Origin: Bacteroidales bacterium
Lineage (GTDB): Bacteria > Bacteroidota > Bacteroidia > Bacteroidales > UBA12077
Direction of reading: 5' to 3'
Assembly: GCA_016342685.1 (NCBI GenBank)
Contig: JAEINU010000001.1
Location: 824,169 to 888,168, forward strand
Length of the DNA stretch: 64,000 nucleotides
Shown here: positions 44,785 to 55,433 of the stretch, in pieces
Layout of the letters: every line of letters starts with the position of its first letter
Numbering within the stretch: position 1 is the first letter of the stretch
Notes under the pieces: model-generated
Database searches by the model: none
What the model was told of the DNA's origin: nothing
The model's input: the letters and a program-made list of their open reading frames with translations, nothing else
Made by a program: the position numbers and the translations under genes

Positions 44785-46782
44785 ATGAAAAATTTAAGAA
44801 TAGGTACAAAACTAGCTATTGGATTTATTATTGTAATTGGTATTAGTGTAGTTATTGGTCTTGTCGGTTATACAGGCATGCATTCTTTAAACGACAGAAT
44901 TGATAAAACAGAAGATGCGCACTCTGTTAGTAAAATGGCTTTAGATTTAAGAAGATATGAAAAGGACTTTATGCTTCGTCATGATGAAAAATCGATACAA
45001 GGCGGAACTAAAACCCTAGAGTCTATTTATGGTCAAATAGAAGAGTCTAAGTTGAAGTTTAAAGATCAAAAGGATTTAGATGATCTTGATGTATTAAAAC
45101 AAAAAGGAGATAATTATAAAGATGCTCTAACTGAGTATGTTAGAATTTACCAAGAAGACTATACTTTTAATATAGAGAAAACCATAAAAGAAGGAGAAAA
45201 AGCCATTGAGTTAGCTAAGGCGCTTCAATTATCTCAAAAACAACAAATGATCGATGAATTAGCAAAAGAAGTAAATAAGAATTTCTTGCTTAAACGTTTT
45301 GAAAAAAATGAACTGTCAAATGATATTCTAGAATCTTTTGCTGTAATACGTATAGATGCTAAAGGTTTTGTAATTAGTCGTGATCAAAAAGACGGCGCAA
45401 AAGTTATTGAGCAATTGGATCTTTTACTTGATAAAATTGACTATACAAAGAAGTTGATGAAAAAGAAAGTTGATATTCAGCAGCTTGAAGAGATGTATAA
45501 TGCGGTTGATGTTTATAAAAACGCTTTTGAAAAATCAGTTGAAGTTGTTGCTTTACAGGAAGATGAAGCCGATGTGATGGTAAGTTCAGCTCATGAATTT
45601 ATTGCTGTTGCTGATAAGTTAAAAGATGGTCAGTCTTTAAAAATGGTAAAAGAAGAACAGCGAGCTAGTTCTATGATTATAAGTTTTATGATTCTTGGAA
45701 TTATTTTAGGTGTTGTTATGGCATATATAATTACTCGAGGGATTATAACCGGACTTAGAAAAGGAGTCGATTTTGCAACTGCTATTGCAAAGGGAGATTT
45801 AACAGCAGAAATTGATATTGATCAGAAAGATGAAATAGGTTTATTAGCAAGATCATTAAAGATCATGGTTTTAAAACTTAAAGAGATTGTTTCTGATATA
45901 ACATCTGGAGCTGAAAATATTGCATCTGCAAGTCAGCAATTAAGTTCTGGATCAGAGGAAATGTCGCAAGGTGCATCAGAACAAGCATCATCTACAGAAG
46001 AAGTTTCATCATCAATGGAAGAAATGACTTCAAATATTCAACAAAATACTGATAATGCACAAGAAACGGAAAAGATATCAGTTATGGCAGCCAAAGGAAT
46101 CTCAGATGTTGAAAAGGCAGCTAAAGAAAGTTTAACATCGATTAAACAAATTGCAGAAAAAATTACAATTGTTAATGATATTGCATTTCAAACAAATATT
46201 TTAGCTTTAAATGCTGCTGTCGAAGCTGCTAGAGCAGGAGAGCATGGTAGAGGTTTTGCAGTTGTTGCAGCTGAGGTTCGCAAATTAGCCGAACGAAGTA
46301 AAGTGGCAGCTGATGAAATAATTTCATTATCGACATATAGTGTTAAGGCAACCGAAGAATCTGGTGAATTAATGTCTAAAATAATACCTGAAATTGATAA
46401 AACAGCAAGATTGGTGCAAGAGATTACGGCTTCTAGTTTAGAACAAAATTCAGGTGCCGATCAAATAAATGGTGCGATACAGCAATTAAATCAGGTAACT
46501 CAACAAAATGCAGCTGCCAGCGAAGAAATGTCTACAAGTTCAGAAGAACTATCTAGTCAAGCAGAACAACTTAAAGATGTTGTAAGTTTTTTCACCTTGA
46601 ATGATAAAACAAGAAATTTTAAGGGTAGTAAAAACACTTTAAAAGAATTTAAATTTGAAAAGCAAGACACACGCACAGATCGTATTAAAAAAGAATCTGC
46701 TGGTCATAGTGAAAATGCTAAAGGCTTTGATTTAAAATTGAATACAAACGACAATATGGATAAAGATTTTGAATCGTTTTAG
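44785..46782 (+). CDS. Methyl-accepting chemotaxis protein with all-helical periplasmic sensor (4HB/HBM-like), HAMP and MCP signalling domain (MCP2)
   Basis: Two TMs flank a ~265-aa helical domain; signalling domain ~90% identical to MCP1; C-terminal KDFESF. Confidence 0.9.
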   Translation: MKNLRIGTKLAIGFIIVIGISVVIGLVGYTGMHSLNDRIDKTEDAHSVSKMALDLRRYEKDFMLRHDEKSIQGGTKTLESIYGQIEESKLKFKDQKDLDDLDVLKQKGDNYKDALTEYVRIYQEDYTFNIEKTIKEGEKAIELAKALQLSQKQQMIDELAKEVNKNFLLKRFEKNELSNDILESFAVIRIDAKGFVISRDQKDGAKVIEQLDLLLDKIDYTKKLMKKKVDIQQLEEMYNAVDVYKNAFEKSVEVVALQEDEADVMVSSAHEFIAVADKLKDGQSLKMVKEEQRASSMIISFMILGIILGVVMAYIITRGIITGLRKGVDFATAIAKGDLTAEIDIDQKDEIGLLARSLKIMVLKLKEIVSDITSGAENIASASQQLSSGSEEMSQGASEQASSTEEVSSSMEEMTSNIQQNTDNAQETEKISVMAAKGISDVEKAAKESLTSIKQIAEKITIVNDIAFQTNILALNAAVEAARAGEHGRGFAVVAAEVRKLAERSKVAADEIISLSTYSVKATEESGELMSKIIPEIDKTARLVQEITASSLEQNSGADQINGAIQQLNQVTQQNAAASEEMSTSSEELSSQAEQLKDVVSFFTLNDKTRNFKGSKNTLKEFKFEKQDTRTDRIKKESAGHSENAKGFDLKLNTNDNMDKDFESF

Positions 46783-46811
46783 GTAAGTAAAAATATTTTT
46801 TTAGTTTGAGT

Positions 46812-46842
46812 AAAAAGGGGCTGTTTAAAAAGCCCCTTTTTT
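46812..46842 (+). terminator. Rho-independent terminator after MCP2
   Basis: AAAAAGGGGCT / AGCCCCTTTTTT hairpin. Confidence 0.65.
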
Positions 46843-47000
46843 AATGTGTACACTCGACATGTTTAGTGTAGGGTGTTGGTAATTAGCTGTTTGTAATATT
46901 GATTTTATCAAAATATGAATAGCTTTTTTACTTTTTGGACAGTTCCTTCCTTATTTAAATAATAAAATAAAAATTAACATTTATTACATTATAAATGAAG

Positions 47001-47065
47001 AAAGGGCGTTTTACTTTTTCAATTACTTATTGTTCGAAACTTTAATATTGTCGTTAGACGATAGT
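47001..47065 (+). promoter_or_regulatory. Conserved ~65-bp non-coding element (copy 1) upstream of MCP3
   Basis: About 80% identical to 49786-49857. Contains TTTACTTTTTCAA, TATTGTTCGAAAC and a TCGTTAGACGA near-palindrome. Confidence 0.45.
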
Positions 47066-47356
47066 TACAACAATATGCTTTCTTCTGCTGATGAATTAAC
47101 TTCAAAAACCGCATTAATAAGATGAAGTTACTAACAGGTTCATATACAGAATCCTGTCTTTTTTTGTTTAAAAAAAGTATGTAAAACCCGAACTTTATCG
47201 AAAAAATGCAGTAAGAATAAACATTAATTCAATATTACAAATACAATATACATATTATACTTAATCGATAATTTGGAATTAATTAAAATATTATTGCAAA
47301 TAACTATCCTTCAAATGGGTAGTGCATAAGTTTATGAAAATTAAGTCGCTATTTCT

Positions 47357-49420
47357 ATGAAAAGAACACTTTCTATTCGGTCCAAACTAATTTATTTGGT
47401 TTTGATTACATGCATGCTTATATACTCTATAACAATTGCATACTTAATAATTAATTTAAAGTCATCATCACTAGAAGATGCTAAAAGACTGGTAGAAGAA
47501 TCAATTAAAACAGGAGCAAAAGAAATTGAAGCTGAATTGAACTTGCATATGGGGGTTGCTCGCAGTTTGGCTTATACCATGTCCGATTTCGAAAATATAT
47601 CTATTGAGAATAGAAGCCAATTTTACAATCCTATTTTAAGTAAAACATTAGATGCTAATCCGAATTACATTGGTACATATTTCACAATGGAATTAAGTGC
47701 ATACGATCCAGAATGGGGAAATGCTCCTGGCAGGGAATCAAAAATATTTTACAAAGATAAAGGAACAATTCATTACAATGAAGTTATACATGATGTTGGA
47801 GGAGTTAAGAAAAGAACAGGATATCATAAGGTAAAAGATACCATGAAGGAAGCAATATGGGAGCCATACTGGTGTGATACATATTCAACCGAAGCAGGAA
47901 GAGTACTCGAAACAACACTTGGTGTACCAATTATTATAGAAGGTCAATTCATGGGACTAGCAGGAATTGATATTGAGCTTAGTGTTTTTAAAGAATTAAT
48001 TGCTAAGATACAGCCTTTTAAGGATGGTTATGCCTTTCTACTATCGAATGAATCAACCTATGTTGCTCACCCTGATCCTGCTTGCATAGCAAAAAAATTC
48101 GATGAAGAAAATCCGGATGAAGAGCAATTGTACCATATAAGTGAAAAAATTAAAAATGGCGAAAGTTTTTCTTTTGAGGCAATACATACAGATTCAAACA
48201 ATGATTTATATGTAAAATTTGTGCCAGTGCATATCGCAAGTACTACAACACCTTGGTCACTTGGAATATTAGTTCCTATTAATTCAATTATGGTGAATTC
48301 GAACCGAATTATAAAAATCACGCTCATTGCAGGTTTTATTGGATTACTCATTCTGTTTTTAGTTATCTCAAATGTTAGCCGTAGCATTATTAAACCCATT
48401 AAGGATAGTGTTGATTTTGCTGAAAAAATTAGCCAAGGTGATTTGAATGCTAAATTAGATTTCGATTCAAATGACGAAATTGGCATTTTGGCTAAACATT
48501 TAATGAGTATGACCGAAAAGTTTAAAGAAGTTGTTGAGCAAATAAAGCAAAGCGGTGATGAAATAAATCAGGCCAGTATAAGGATTTATAAAAACTCAGA
48601 TCAACTTGCTTCAGGAGCCAATAGTCAGGTGGCAGCAACCGAGGAAGTTTCTTCTTCAATGGAAGAAATGATTGCTAATATTCAACAGAATACAGATAAT
48701 GCTCAGTTAACTGAGAAAATTACTTTGGTTGCAGCAGACGGTATAAATAAGGGAAATGCATCAACTGAAATTTCTGTAAAGTCGATGAGAAAGATTGCAG
48801 AAAAAATAACAATTATAAATGATATTGCATTCCAAACTAATATTTTAGCGCTAAATGCGGCTGTTGAAGCAGCAAGAGCAGGAGAACATGGTAAAGGATT
48901 TGCAGTTGTGGCTGCCGAAGTAAGAAAATTAGCTGAAAGAAGTAAAATTGCTTCGGATGAAATAAATCAACTTTCGCGTGAAGGAGTTCTAATTTCTGAA
49001 GAAGCTGGAGAACAATTGGCAGAAATTGTTCCAGAAATCGAGAAAACGTCAAAATTAGTTCAAGAAATTGCTGCAGCTAGTATGGAGCAAAATAGTGGTG
49101 CTGATCAAATTAATAGTGCAATACAACAATTAAATAAAATAACTCAACAAAACGCCGCTGCTAGTGAAGAAATGGCAACTAGCTCGGAAGAGCTTACTCA
49201 TCAGGCAGATCAATTAAATCATGTTGTAAGTTTCTTTAAAATTAGTGATGATTCAAAAATATACAATAGGAAAAAGTCTTTAAAACAACCTAAAGCTGAA
49301 AATTATTACAAAAACACAAATATTAAAAATGAAGATTCTATTCAAAGTAAAAATGTTAAAGGTTTTGATTTAAAGCTAAATACAACTGATAATATGGATA
49401 AGGATTTTGAATCGTTTTAG
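47357..49420 (+). CDS. Methyl-accepting chemotaxis protein with periplasmic double-Cache-like sensor (MCP3)
   Basis: Two TMs; Cache-like ~285-aa sensor; HAMP; MCP core; C-terminal KDFESF. Confidence 0.9.
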   Translation: MKRTLSIRSKLIYLVLITCMLIYSITIAYLIINLKSSSLEDAKRLVEESIKTGAKEIEAELNLHMGVARSLAYTMSDFENISIENRSQFYNPILSKTLDANPNYIGTYFTMELSAYDPEWGNAPGRESKIFYKDKGTIHYNEVIHDVGGVKKRTGYHKVKDTMKEAIWEPYWCDTYSTEAGRVLETTLGVPIIIEGQFMGLAGIDIELSVFKELIAKIQPFKDGYAFLLSNESTYVAHPDPACIAKKFDEENPDEEQLYHISEKIKNGESFSFEAIHTDSNNDLYVKFVPVHIASTTTPWSLGILVPINSIMVNSNRIIKITLIAGFIGLLILFLVISNVSRSIIKPIKDSVDFAEKISQGDLNAKLDFDSNDEIGILAKHLMSMTEKFKEVVEQIKQSGDEINQASIRIYKNSDQLASGANSQVAATEEVSSSMEEMIANIQQNTDNAQLTEKITLVAADGINKGNASTEISVKSMRKIAEKITIINDIAFQTNILALNAAVEAARAGEHGKGFAVVAAEVRKLAERSKIASDEINQLSREGVLISEEAGEQLAEIVPEIEKTSKLVQEIAAASMEQNSGADQINSAIQQLNKITQQNAAASEEMATSSEELTHQADQLNHVVSFFKISDDSKIYNRKKSLKQPKAENYYKNTNIKNEDSIQSKNVKGFDLKLNTTDNMDKDFESF

Positions 49421-49445
49421 CAACAAAAAATAATTTTCAATTTTG

Positions 49446-49484
49446 GAAAAAAGGAGAACATATATAACATGCTCTCCTTTTTTT
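49446..49484 (+). terminator. Rho-independent terminator after MCP3
   Basis: AGGAGAACAT / ATGCTCTCCT stem plus T8. Confidence 0.55.
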
Positions 49485-49785
49485 ATTTTCTAGTTAATGG
49501 TTAAAACCCTGCAATTTCAATGTAGCTACTCTAGTTTCTATAAATTTCAATTAAAATTAAATCTACAATGTTCAAGTTTAAAGTAAATCACAAAACGTAA
49601 TATTCAAAGTCCAATATTTAGGTTTGGGTCATTAATGTGTAATGTTTTTATATTTTGAATATTGGATATTATTTGATATTTGTTAATTGTTATCTGGTGC
49701 TTGCTAAAGGAATTTTATTTGTAATCTATAGTGGTTAAGTTAAATGATGAAATAAGAATGAACAATTATTAAATTATAACTGATT

Positions 49786-49857
49786 AAAGGAAACTTTACT
49801 TTTTCAAATGCGTATTGTTCGATACTTTAATTTTATCGTTAAACGATAAATGTAATT
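49786..49857 (+). promoter_or_regulatory. Conserved ~65-bp non-coding element (copy 2) ending 19 bp upstream of MCP4; contains perfect palindrome ATCGTTaAACGAT
   Basis: Alignment with 47001-47065; palindrome read directly. Confidence 0.45.
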
Positions 49858-49875
49858 TGTAAAATATGTATATAT

Positions 49876-51900
49876 ATGAAATGGAAAAATTTAAAATTAG
49901 GAAGAAAGTTTCTTATCTCTTTTGGTTTAATCATAATGCTTCTGGTTGTTGTTGCTTTTTGGTCAATTAATGGTATAGGAGGAATTGTAAATGATGCCGA
50001 AGAAGTAATCGAAGGAAATAAACTTAGAGCGGATTTGGAAAATAAATATGTTCAACATCTTCAGTGGGCATCTAAAGTAAATAAATTATTAACTGATGAG
50101 AATGAAACGGTGCTCAATGTTCAAACCGATCCACATAAATGTGATTTTGGTAAGTGGTATTATAGTGAAGGGAGAAAACATGCAGAATCGCTAGCTCCTG
50201 AATTAAAATCTCTATTCGATGAGATTGAAGAACCTCACTTACATTTGCATGAATCAGCAACAAAGATAAATAATGTTTTTCATCAGGCCGACGTAACATT
50301 TGGAGACAAGCTTAGGGATGTAAAGAGTGCTCATTTGTTATGGGCACATTCAATTAAAGATGCTTTATTGCAACAAAAAAAGACCCTTGCTGTACAAACT
50401 GATCATCATAAATGTGAATTTGGGATATGGTTGGATTCGGATGAAATTATTCAAATGAGAAAAGAAGATCCAGAGTTAGACAGGTTATTAGTTAAGATCA
50501 TAGAACCTCATGAAAAACTTCACACAAGTGCTGTTCAGATACAAAATTATCTTTCACAAAGAAACTTTAATGCAGCTTATAATTATTATAATAACAATAC
50601 AAATAATTATGCGATAGCAACTTTAGATTTAATAGATGATGTCATTGCTTGGAATGATAAACATGTCCAAGGTATGAAGGAAGCCAATGCAATTTATAAT
50701 AATGAAACATTAGTTAACCTAGAACAAGTTGGAGATTTATTTTCTAAGATAGTTGAAAAATCAAAGGAGTATATTCTTACTGAAGATGTAATGCTTCAAC
50801 AAGCGGGAATTACAAGGGTAGGAGTAATTATTTTTAGTGTAATTGCCTCATGTATAGCAATTGTAGTGGCATTTTTTATTACACGTGGAATTGTAAATCC
50901 TGTAAAAAAATCAGTTGAATTTGCAAAAAAAGTAGCAAATGGTGATTTAACTGCTACTGTTGAAATTGATCAAAAAGACGAAATAGGAGTTCTAGCAAGT
51001 TCATTGAAAGATATGGTAGGTGAGTTGCGCAAAATTGTTGTAAATATTCAGGATGGTGCAGCCAATATCACTAGTGCAAGTTTAGAGATGAGTTCAACTT
51101 CTCAACAGATGTCACAAGGTGCTTCGGAGCAGTCTACTTCAACCGAGGAAGTTTCTTCATCAATGGAAGAAATGACATCTAATATTCAACAGAATACTGA
51201 TAATTCAAAGCAAACTGAAAAAATATCATTAGCTGCTGCAGAAGGAATTACGAATGTTGCAAATGCTGCGGATGAGAGTTTAATATCTATTAAACAAATT
51301 GCAGAAAAAATTACAATAGTCAATGATATTGCATTTCAAACAAATATTTTAGCATTAAATGCTGCAGTAGAAGCTGCTCGTGCAGGAGAACATGGAAAAG
51401 GTTTTGCAGTTGTTGCTGCTGAGGTTAGAAAGCTTGCAGAGCGAAGTAAAATTGCTGCCGATGAAATTAACGATCTTTCAAGAAGTAGTTTAGACGTTAC
51501 TAATGAAACAAGTGCATTAATGAAGAATATTATTCCTGAAATTGAAAAAACAGCTAGTTTGGTGCAGGAAATTACAGCATCTAGCTTGGAACAAAATTCA
51601 GGAGCGGATCAAATTAATAGTGCTATTCAACAATTAAACCTAGTAACGCAGCAAAATGCCGCAGCAAGCGAAGAAATGGCTACAAGTTCAGAAGAGTTAT
51701 CAAGCCAAGCTGAACAGTTAAAAGATATCTTAGGTTTCTTTAAGGTTGATAGAAAAAATATAAATAAATTGGAAAGATCTTATTCTTTAAAGCCAAGCTT
51801 GTCAAAAAGTGCTTTAGGGAAAAAATCAAAGATTGATATAGTTAAGAATCAAGGCCTTGATTTAAAAGATAATCTCGATAGTGAATTTGAATCGTTTTAG
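49876..51900 (+). CDS. Methyl-accepting chemotaxis protein with two tandem periplasmic CZB (chemoreceptor zinc-binding)-like domains (MCP4)
   Basis: Between TM1 (res 12-31) and TM2 (res 313-333): HLQW...[12 protein letters not shown]...EEPHLHLH and HLLW...[12 protein letters not shown]...EPHEKLH. This matches the CZB H-x3-C ... H ... H zinc site twice. HAMP; MCP core; C-terminal SEFESF. Confidence 0.85.
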   Translation: MKWKNLKLGRKFLISFGLIIMLLVVVAFWSINGIGGIVNDAEEVIEGNKLRADLENKYVQHLQWASKVNKLLTDENETVLNVQTDPHKCDFGKWYYSEGRKHAESLAPELKSLFDEIEEPHLHLHESATKINNVFHQADVTFGDKLRDVKSAHLLWAHSIKDALLQQKKTLAVQTDHHKCEFGIWLDSDEIIQMRKEDPELDRLLVKIIEPHEKLHTSAVQIQNYLSQRNFNAAYNYYNNNTNNYAIATLDLIDDVIAWNDKHVQGMKEANAIYNNETLVNLEQVGDLFSKIVEKSKEYILTEDVMLQQAGITRVGVIIFSVIASCIAIVVAFFITRGIVNPVKKSVEFAKKVANGDLTATVEIDQKDEIGVLASSLKDMVGELRKIVVNIQDGAANITSASLEMSSTSQQMSQGASEQSTSTEEVSSSMEEMTSNIQQNTDNSKQTEKISLAAAEGITNVANAADESLISIKQIAEKITIVNDIAFQTNILALNAAVEAARAGEHGKGFAVVAAEVRKLAERSKIAADEINDLSRSSLDVTNETSALMKNIIPEIEKTASLVQEITASSLEQNSGADQINSAIQQLNLVTQQNAAASEEMATSSEELSSQAEQLKDILGFFKVDRKNINKLERSYSLKPSLSKSALGKKSKIDIVKNQGLDLKDNLDSEFESF

Positions 51901-51932
51901 ATAAAAATTAGTTTGTTTAAAATTTGTGTTTT

Positions 51933-51965
51933 AAAAAAGGAGAATGGTTCTATTCTCCTTTTTTA
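51933..51965. terminator. Bidirectional terminator between MCP4 and the convergent VOC gene
   Basis: GGAGAAT / ATTCTCC stem with flanking A and T runs; overlaps the last codons of the minus-strand gene. Confidence 0.5.
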
Positions 51966-52324
51966 AATTCCATAAGTTCAATAGGCGTTCCATTATGTTT
52001 TATCATAGCCACTCTTAGGCCTTCCATAGGCGAGTTGGGTGCATTTAAAATTTCGAAATTCTTAGCAGCCTTGTCAATATCTGGAACAACAAATGCAAGG
52101 TGTGGAACCGTTTTTATAAGTTCATCAAAAGGAGAATCTTTATCAAAGCGCATATATTCAATACCAAATGGGCTTATGTCAAAGCCTTTTACATAAAATT
52201 CTAAATGGGGAATATAGTGTTCTCCCGGGATTGGTTCTTTAATTGGGATGCCAATATGATGATATTTCCATCCCCATTTTTCCGTGGCTAATGGTAATTC
52301 GTGTTCTTTTCTTTTGTACTCCAT
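51950..52324 (-). CDS. VOC (glyoxalase/bleomycin-resistance/dioxygenase) family protein
   Basis: 124 aa; beta-alpha-beta-beta-beta module pattern with conserved His/Glu positions (HHIGIP.., HLAFVV). Confidence 0.55.
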   Translation of the reverse strand: MEYKRKEHELPLATEKWGWKYHHIGIPIKEPIPGEHYIPHLEFYVKGFDISPFGIEYMRFDKDSPFDELIKTVPHLAFVVPDIDKAAKNFEILNAPNSPMEGLRVAMIKHNGTPIELMEFKKGE

Positions 52325-52543
52325 AAAAATGTTTAAATATTTTTGGTGCTAACAAGATTAACAAATTTAATAATTTATTAAAAACAATGATAACTACTTA
52401 GATTAGTTGTACTATTCAATAATGATGATCTCATATAATAAAAATATTGAAGCTTGTAATTTATTGACATTGAGTTGATTTTGTAATAACTTTGTATGTT
52501 CACATCTTGATTTTAGGGTTTAATTTAAAAATAGGAGGAGAAA

Positions 52544-52759
52544 ATGCCAAACACTGTTTACAAAATTATTGAACTTGTTGGAACAAGTCCAGAATCATGG
52601 GAAAAAGCAGCATCAAATGCTGTGGCTAAAGCAGCTGAAAGTCTACGTGATCTTCGAATTGCAGAAGTTTCGCAGTTGGACATGCAACTTAATGATGGGA
52701 AAATTGAAGCTTATCGTGCAAAAGTAAAAGTATCATTTAAATTTGAAGGACATCAGTAA
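52544..52759 (+). CDS. Dodecin family flavin-binding protein
   Basis: 71 aa; YKIIELVGTSPESWEKAASNAV.KA closely matches the dodecin signature; good RBS GGAGGAG 6 bp upstream. Confidence 0.8.
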   Translation: MPNTVYKIIELVGTSPESWEKAASNAVAKAAESLRDLRIAEVSQLDMQLNDGKIEAYRAKVKVSFKFEGHQ

Positions 52760-52763
52760 TATA

Positions 52764-52794
52764 GATCAGGCATTTTATTGCCTGATTTTTTTTA
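52764..52794. terminator. Bidirectional terminator between dodecin and the convergent LtaS-family gene
   Basis: ATCAGGCA / TGCCTGAT stem followed by T8. Confidence 0.65.
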
Positions 52795-52800
52795 ATGCAG

Positions 52801-54699
52801 TTATTCTAGTGTCAATTTATTATGAATCATTCTTTCTTGGTAGGATTGAATTATTGCCTTTATTTTATTTTCAATAGATGTATAATCTAAACCACTATTT
52901 ATAAGGTTGTTTTTTAATTGTTTATCTTCCTTTGTATAGTATACTCCAATTGTATTATTTCCATCAAATTGAATCGTGTAATCTCCTTCTATAAGCTGAT
53001 AAATTCCATTTATATAGTTTATCGAAAAGTGCGAAGTAGAATCATTTAAAAGACTATTACCAAAACAAATAAAAGGTTCCTTGTAAGAGATATAATCTAA
53101 AATCGTTGGAAATATATCTGTTTGTTGTGCTACATATTCACTGTTTCCCAGAAATATAGTATCCGTTGGATGATAAAAGAAAATTGGAATAGAATACATC
53201 CCCAATTTATTTTTATATTCAGCTTTTTCAACCTGAGCAGTATGGTCAGCAACAAATATAAATAGCGTATTTTTAAACCATTCTGTTTTTTTTGCAGATT
53301 TAAAAAATTGCTTTAATGCAAAATCTGTATAACCAATAGTTTCATGGATTTTCAGATTTCCTTTAGGAAATCGATCTTTGTATTTTTCAGGAATAGGATA
53401 AGGGTGGTGCGATGTTAAAGTGAATATTGTACTAAAAAAAGGTTTTTTAAATTCAGTTAATTTATCTTCCCAAAATGATAAAAACTCTTCATCAAAAATT
53501 CCCCATTGACCATCAAAATAGGCAGGATTATCAAACTCCGACATACCATAATATTCTTTGTATCCAGAAAGTCGAGCAAATTGATCAAACCCCATGGTGC
53601 CATTTTTTCCTCCATGAAAAAAACTGGTATGATAACCCAAATTATTTAAAATTTCGGGTAATCCTTTAATTGTATTCGACGAATATTTTGATGTAATATA
53701 AGGATTGTTTTGTAAAGATGGAATTCCTGCAGCAATCGATGTAATTGCCTCAATCGATTTCTTCCCATTAGCATATGCATTCGGAAAAACTAGGCTTTTA
53801 TTCATTAAAGAGTCTAAAAAAGGCGTATACCCAAATCCGTTATTTAAATAACCTATATATTCTTTAGAAAAACTTTCAAGTATAACAACTACAATATTGG
53901 TATTATGATTATTCTTAGGGCTATTAAGTACATGAATAGGATTGTAAATTGAATCTAGGGCATCTTTTTTTAAGTAATTTTTAGAAATCAAGGATTGTGA
54001 ACCAAACGATTTCATAATTGTAAATGGAGAATTCAAAACTAAGGGTATGTTTCGAGCCGAAGCGTGATCAGTTGCATGAATTGTTCGTAAAGGTTTTAAT
54101 TGAAATCCACCTCGCCCCCCTAATAAACCAAAACCGAGAATTAAGATAAAAATACCTATTTGAATTGTCAGTTGCTTAAAACCTTTTGATTTTTTTGATA
54201 AACTCTTCTCTTTTAATTTAGGATAGACCTTTACAATAAGGTAAGTTGAAAGTATCCATAATATAATTAAGTACCAGTAATCTTTTATAAATTGAGGAAG
54301 AAGTGTTTTGAAATCTTCTCCAAGCCAAACACCTGAAAAAATATCACTCGTAAGTCGTTTATTTTCGAAATCGAAAAATTTAGTATCTATAAAGTTTGTT
54401 GCTAATAAAAGAATATTGATAATCAAAAAGAAAGAAAATAGGATTTTTTGGTAAATCTTGTTGTTTTTAAAATCTCCAGGAATCAAACTTAGGAGTATAA
54501 AAATAATGTTAAAATAAAATAGAGCAGAAATATCAAATCTTATCCCTCCAAGAAGAATTCTTATAAATTCAAAAAAACCAATGCTATTGAAATAATTGAT
54601 GTTAAAACAATAAAATAGAATACGTGAAATGCTGAAAATTGCAATTAAAATTAGAAAACGTTGAAAAAATAATTTTATATGATAAAGGTAATTTTTCAT
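52801..54699 (-). CDS. LTA synthase / phosphoglycerol-transferase family protein (sulfatase-fold, MdoB/LtaS-like)
   Basis: Five N-terminal TMs; C-terminal alkaline-phosphatase/sulfatase superfamily domain (VVILESFS..., HGG..GT). Confidence 0.75.
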   Translation of the reverse strand: MKNYLYHIKLFFQRFLILIAIFSISRILFYCFNINYFNSIGFFEFIRILLGGIRFDISALFYFNIIFILLSLIPGDFKNNKIYQKILFSFFLIINILLLATNFIDTKFFDFENKRLTSDIFSGVWLGEDFKTLLPQFIKDYWYLIILWILSTYLIVKVYPKLKEKSLSKKSKGFKQLTIQIGIFILILGFGLLGGRGGFQLKPLRTIHATDHASARNIPLVLNSPFTIMKSFGSQSLISKNYLKKDALDSIYNPIHVLNSPKNNHNTNIVVVILESFSKEYIGYLNNGFGYTPFLDSLMNKSLVFPNAYANGKKSIEAITSIAAGIPSLQNNPYITSKYSSNTIKGLPEILNNLGYHTSFFHGGKNGTMGFDQFARLSGYKEYYGMSEFDNPAYFDGQWGIFDEEFLSFWEDKLTEFKKPFFSTIFTLTSHHPYPIPEKYKDRFPKGNLKIHETIGYTDFALKQFFKSAKKTEWFKNTLFIFVADHTAQVEKAEYKNKLGMYSIPIFFYHPTDTIFLGNSEYVAQQTDIFPTILDYISYKEPFICFGNSLLNDSTSHFSINYINGIYQLIEGDYTIQFDGNNTIGVYYTKEDKQLKNNLINSGLDYTSIENKIKAIIQSYQERMIHNKLTLE

Positions 54700-54987
54700 G
54701 AACTTTAAAATAAATGGAAGCCATTTTTATTCCAATTTGCTAAAATATAACCAAGTTCTTTAAACACCAAATAACTGACAAAAGTCATGTCGATGCTGAT
54801 TCGAACAAAAAACGTTTTTATGCTGTTGATATGCAGTACATTGTTTTATAACTTGTGTCATTATTCGATAAAAGTGTGAAAAAAAAAGTTTTATGTTAAA
54901 GAACAATATTTTATAGCATAAAATAATACCATAAATAATTAGTCTGTTATATTGATTATAAATACTTTTGCAAGAAATCTTTATATT

Positions 54988-55398
54988 ATGAAACCTTCAC
55001 ATATAGAACATATTGGAATAGCCGTAAAAAATCTTGAAGAATCGATCAAGTATTACGAAGAAGTATTAGGTCTTGAATGTTATAACATTGAAGAAGTTAA
55101 AGATCAGAAAGTTAAAACTGCTTTTTTTAAAGTGGGCGATACAAAGATCGAATTGTTAGAGTCAACTGATCCAGAAGGACCAATTGGTAAATATGTTGAG
55201 AAAAAAGGTGAAGGTATACATCACATCGCTTTTGCTGTTAAAGATATCGACAATCAACTTAAGAAAGCAGAAGAAAAAGGGATTCGGGTTATCGATAAAA
55301 CTTCACGAAGTGGGGCAGAAGGATTAAGTATTGGATTTTTACACCCAAAATCAACTTTTGGTGTTTTAACAGAATTATGCGAAGACAAAAATAAATAA
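54988..55398 (+). CDS. mce: Methylmalonyl-CoA epimerase (VOC fold)
   Basis: HIEHIGIAV and [10 protein letters not shown] metal-ligand motifs. Upstream of the mmd operon. Start moved to the internal Met, because the first 12 codons of the listed ORF lack conservation. Confidence 0.75.
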   Translation: MKPSHIEHIGIAVKNLEESIKYYEEVLGLECYNIEEVKDQKVKTAFFKVGDTKIELLESTDPEGPIGKYVEKKGEGIHHIAFAVKDIDNQLKKAEEKGIRVIDKTSRSGAEGLSIGFLHPKSTFGVLTELCEDKNK

Positions 55399-55433
55399 TA
55401 ATCTACTTCAAATATAATTTTCATTCATACCAA

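Noticed and set aside
51924-52196. Plus-strand 90-aa ORF overlapping the VOC gene
   Set aside because: The opposite-strand VOC protein has recognisable fold motifs. This ORF is its antisense shadow.
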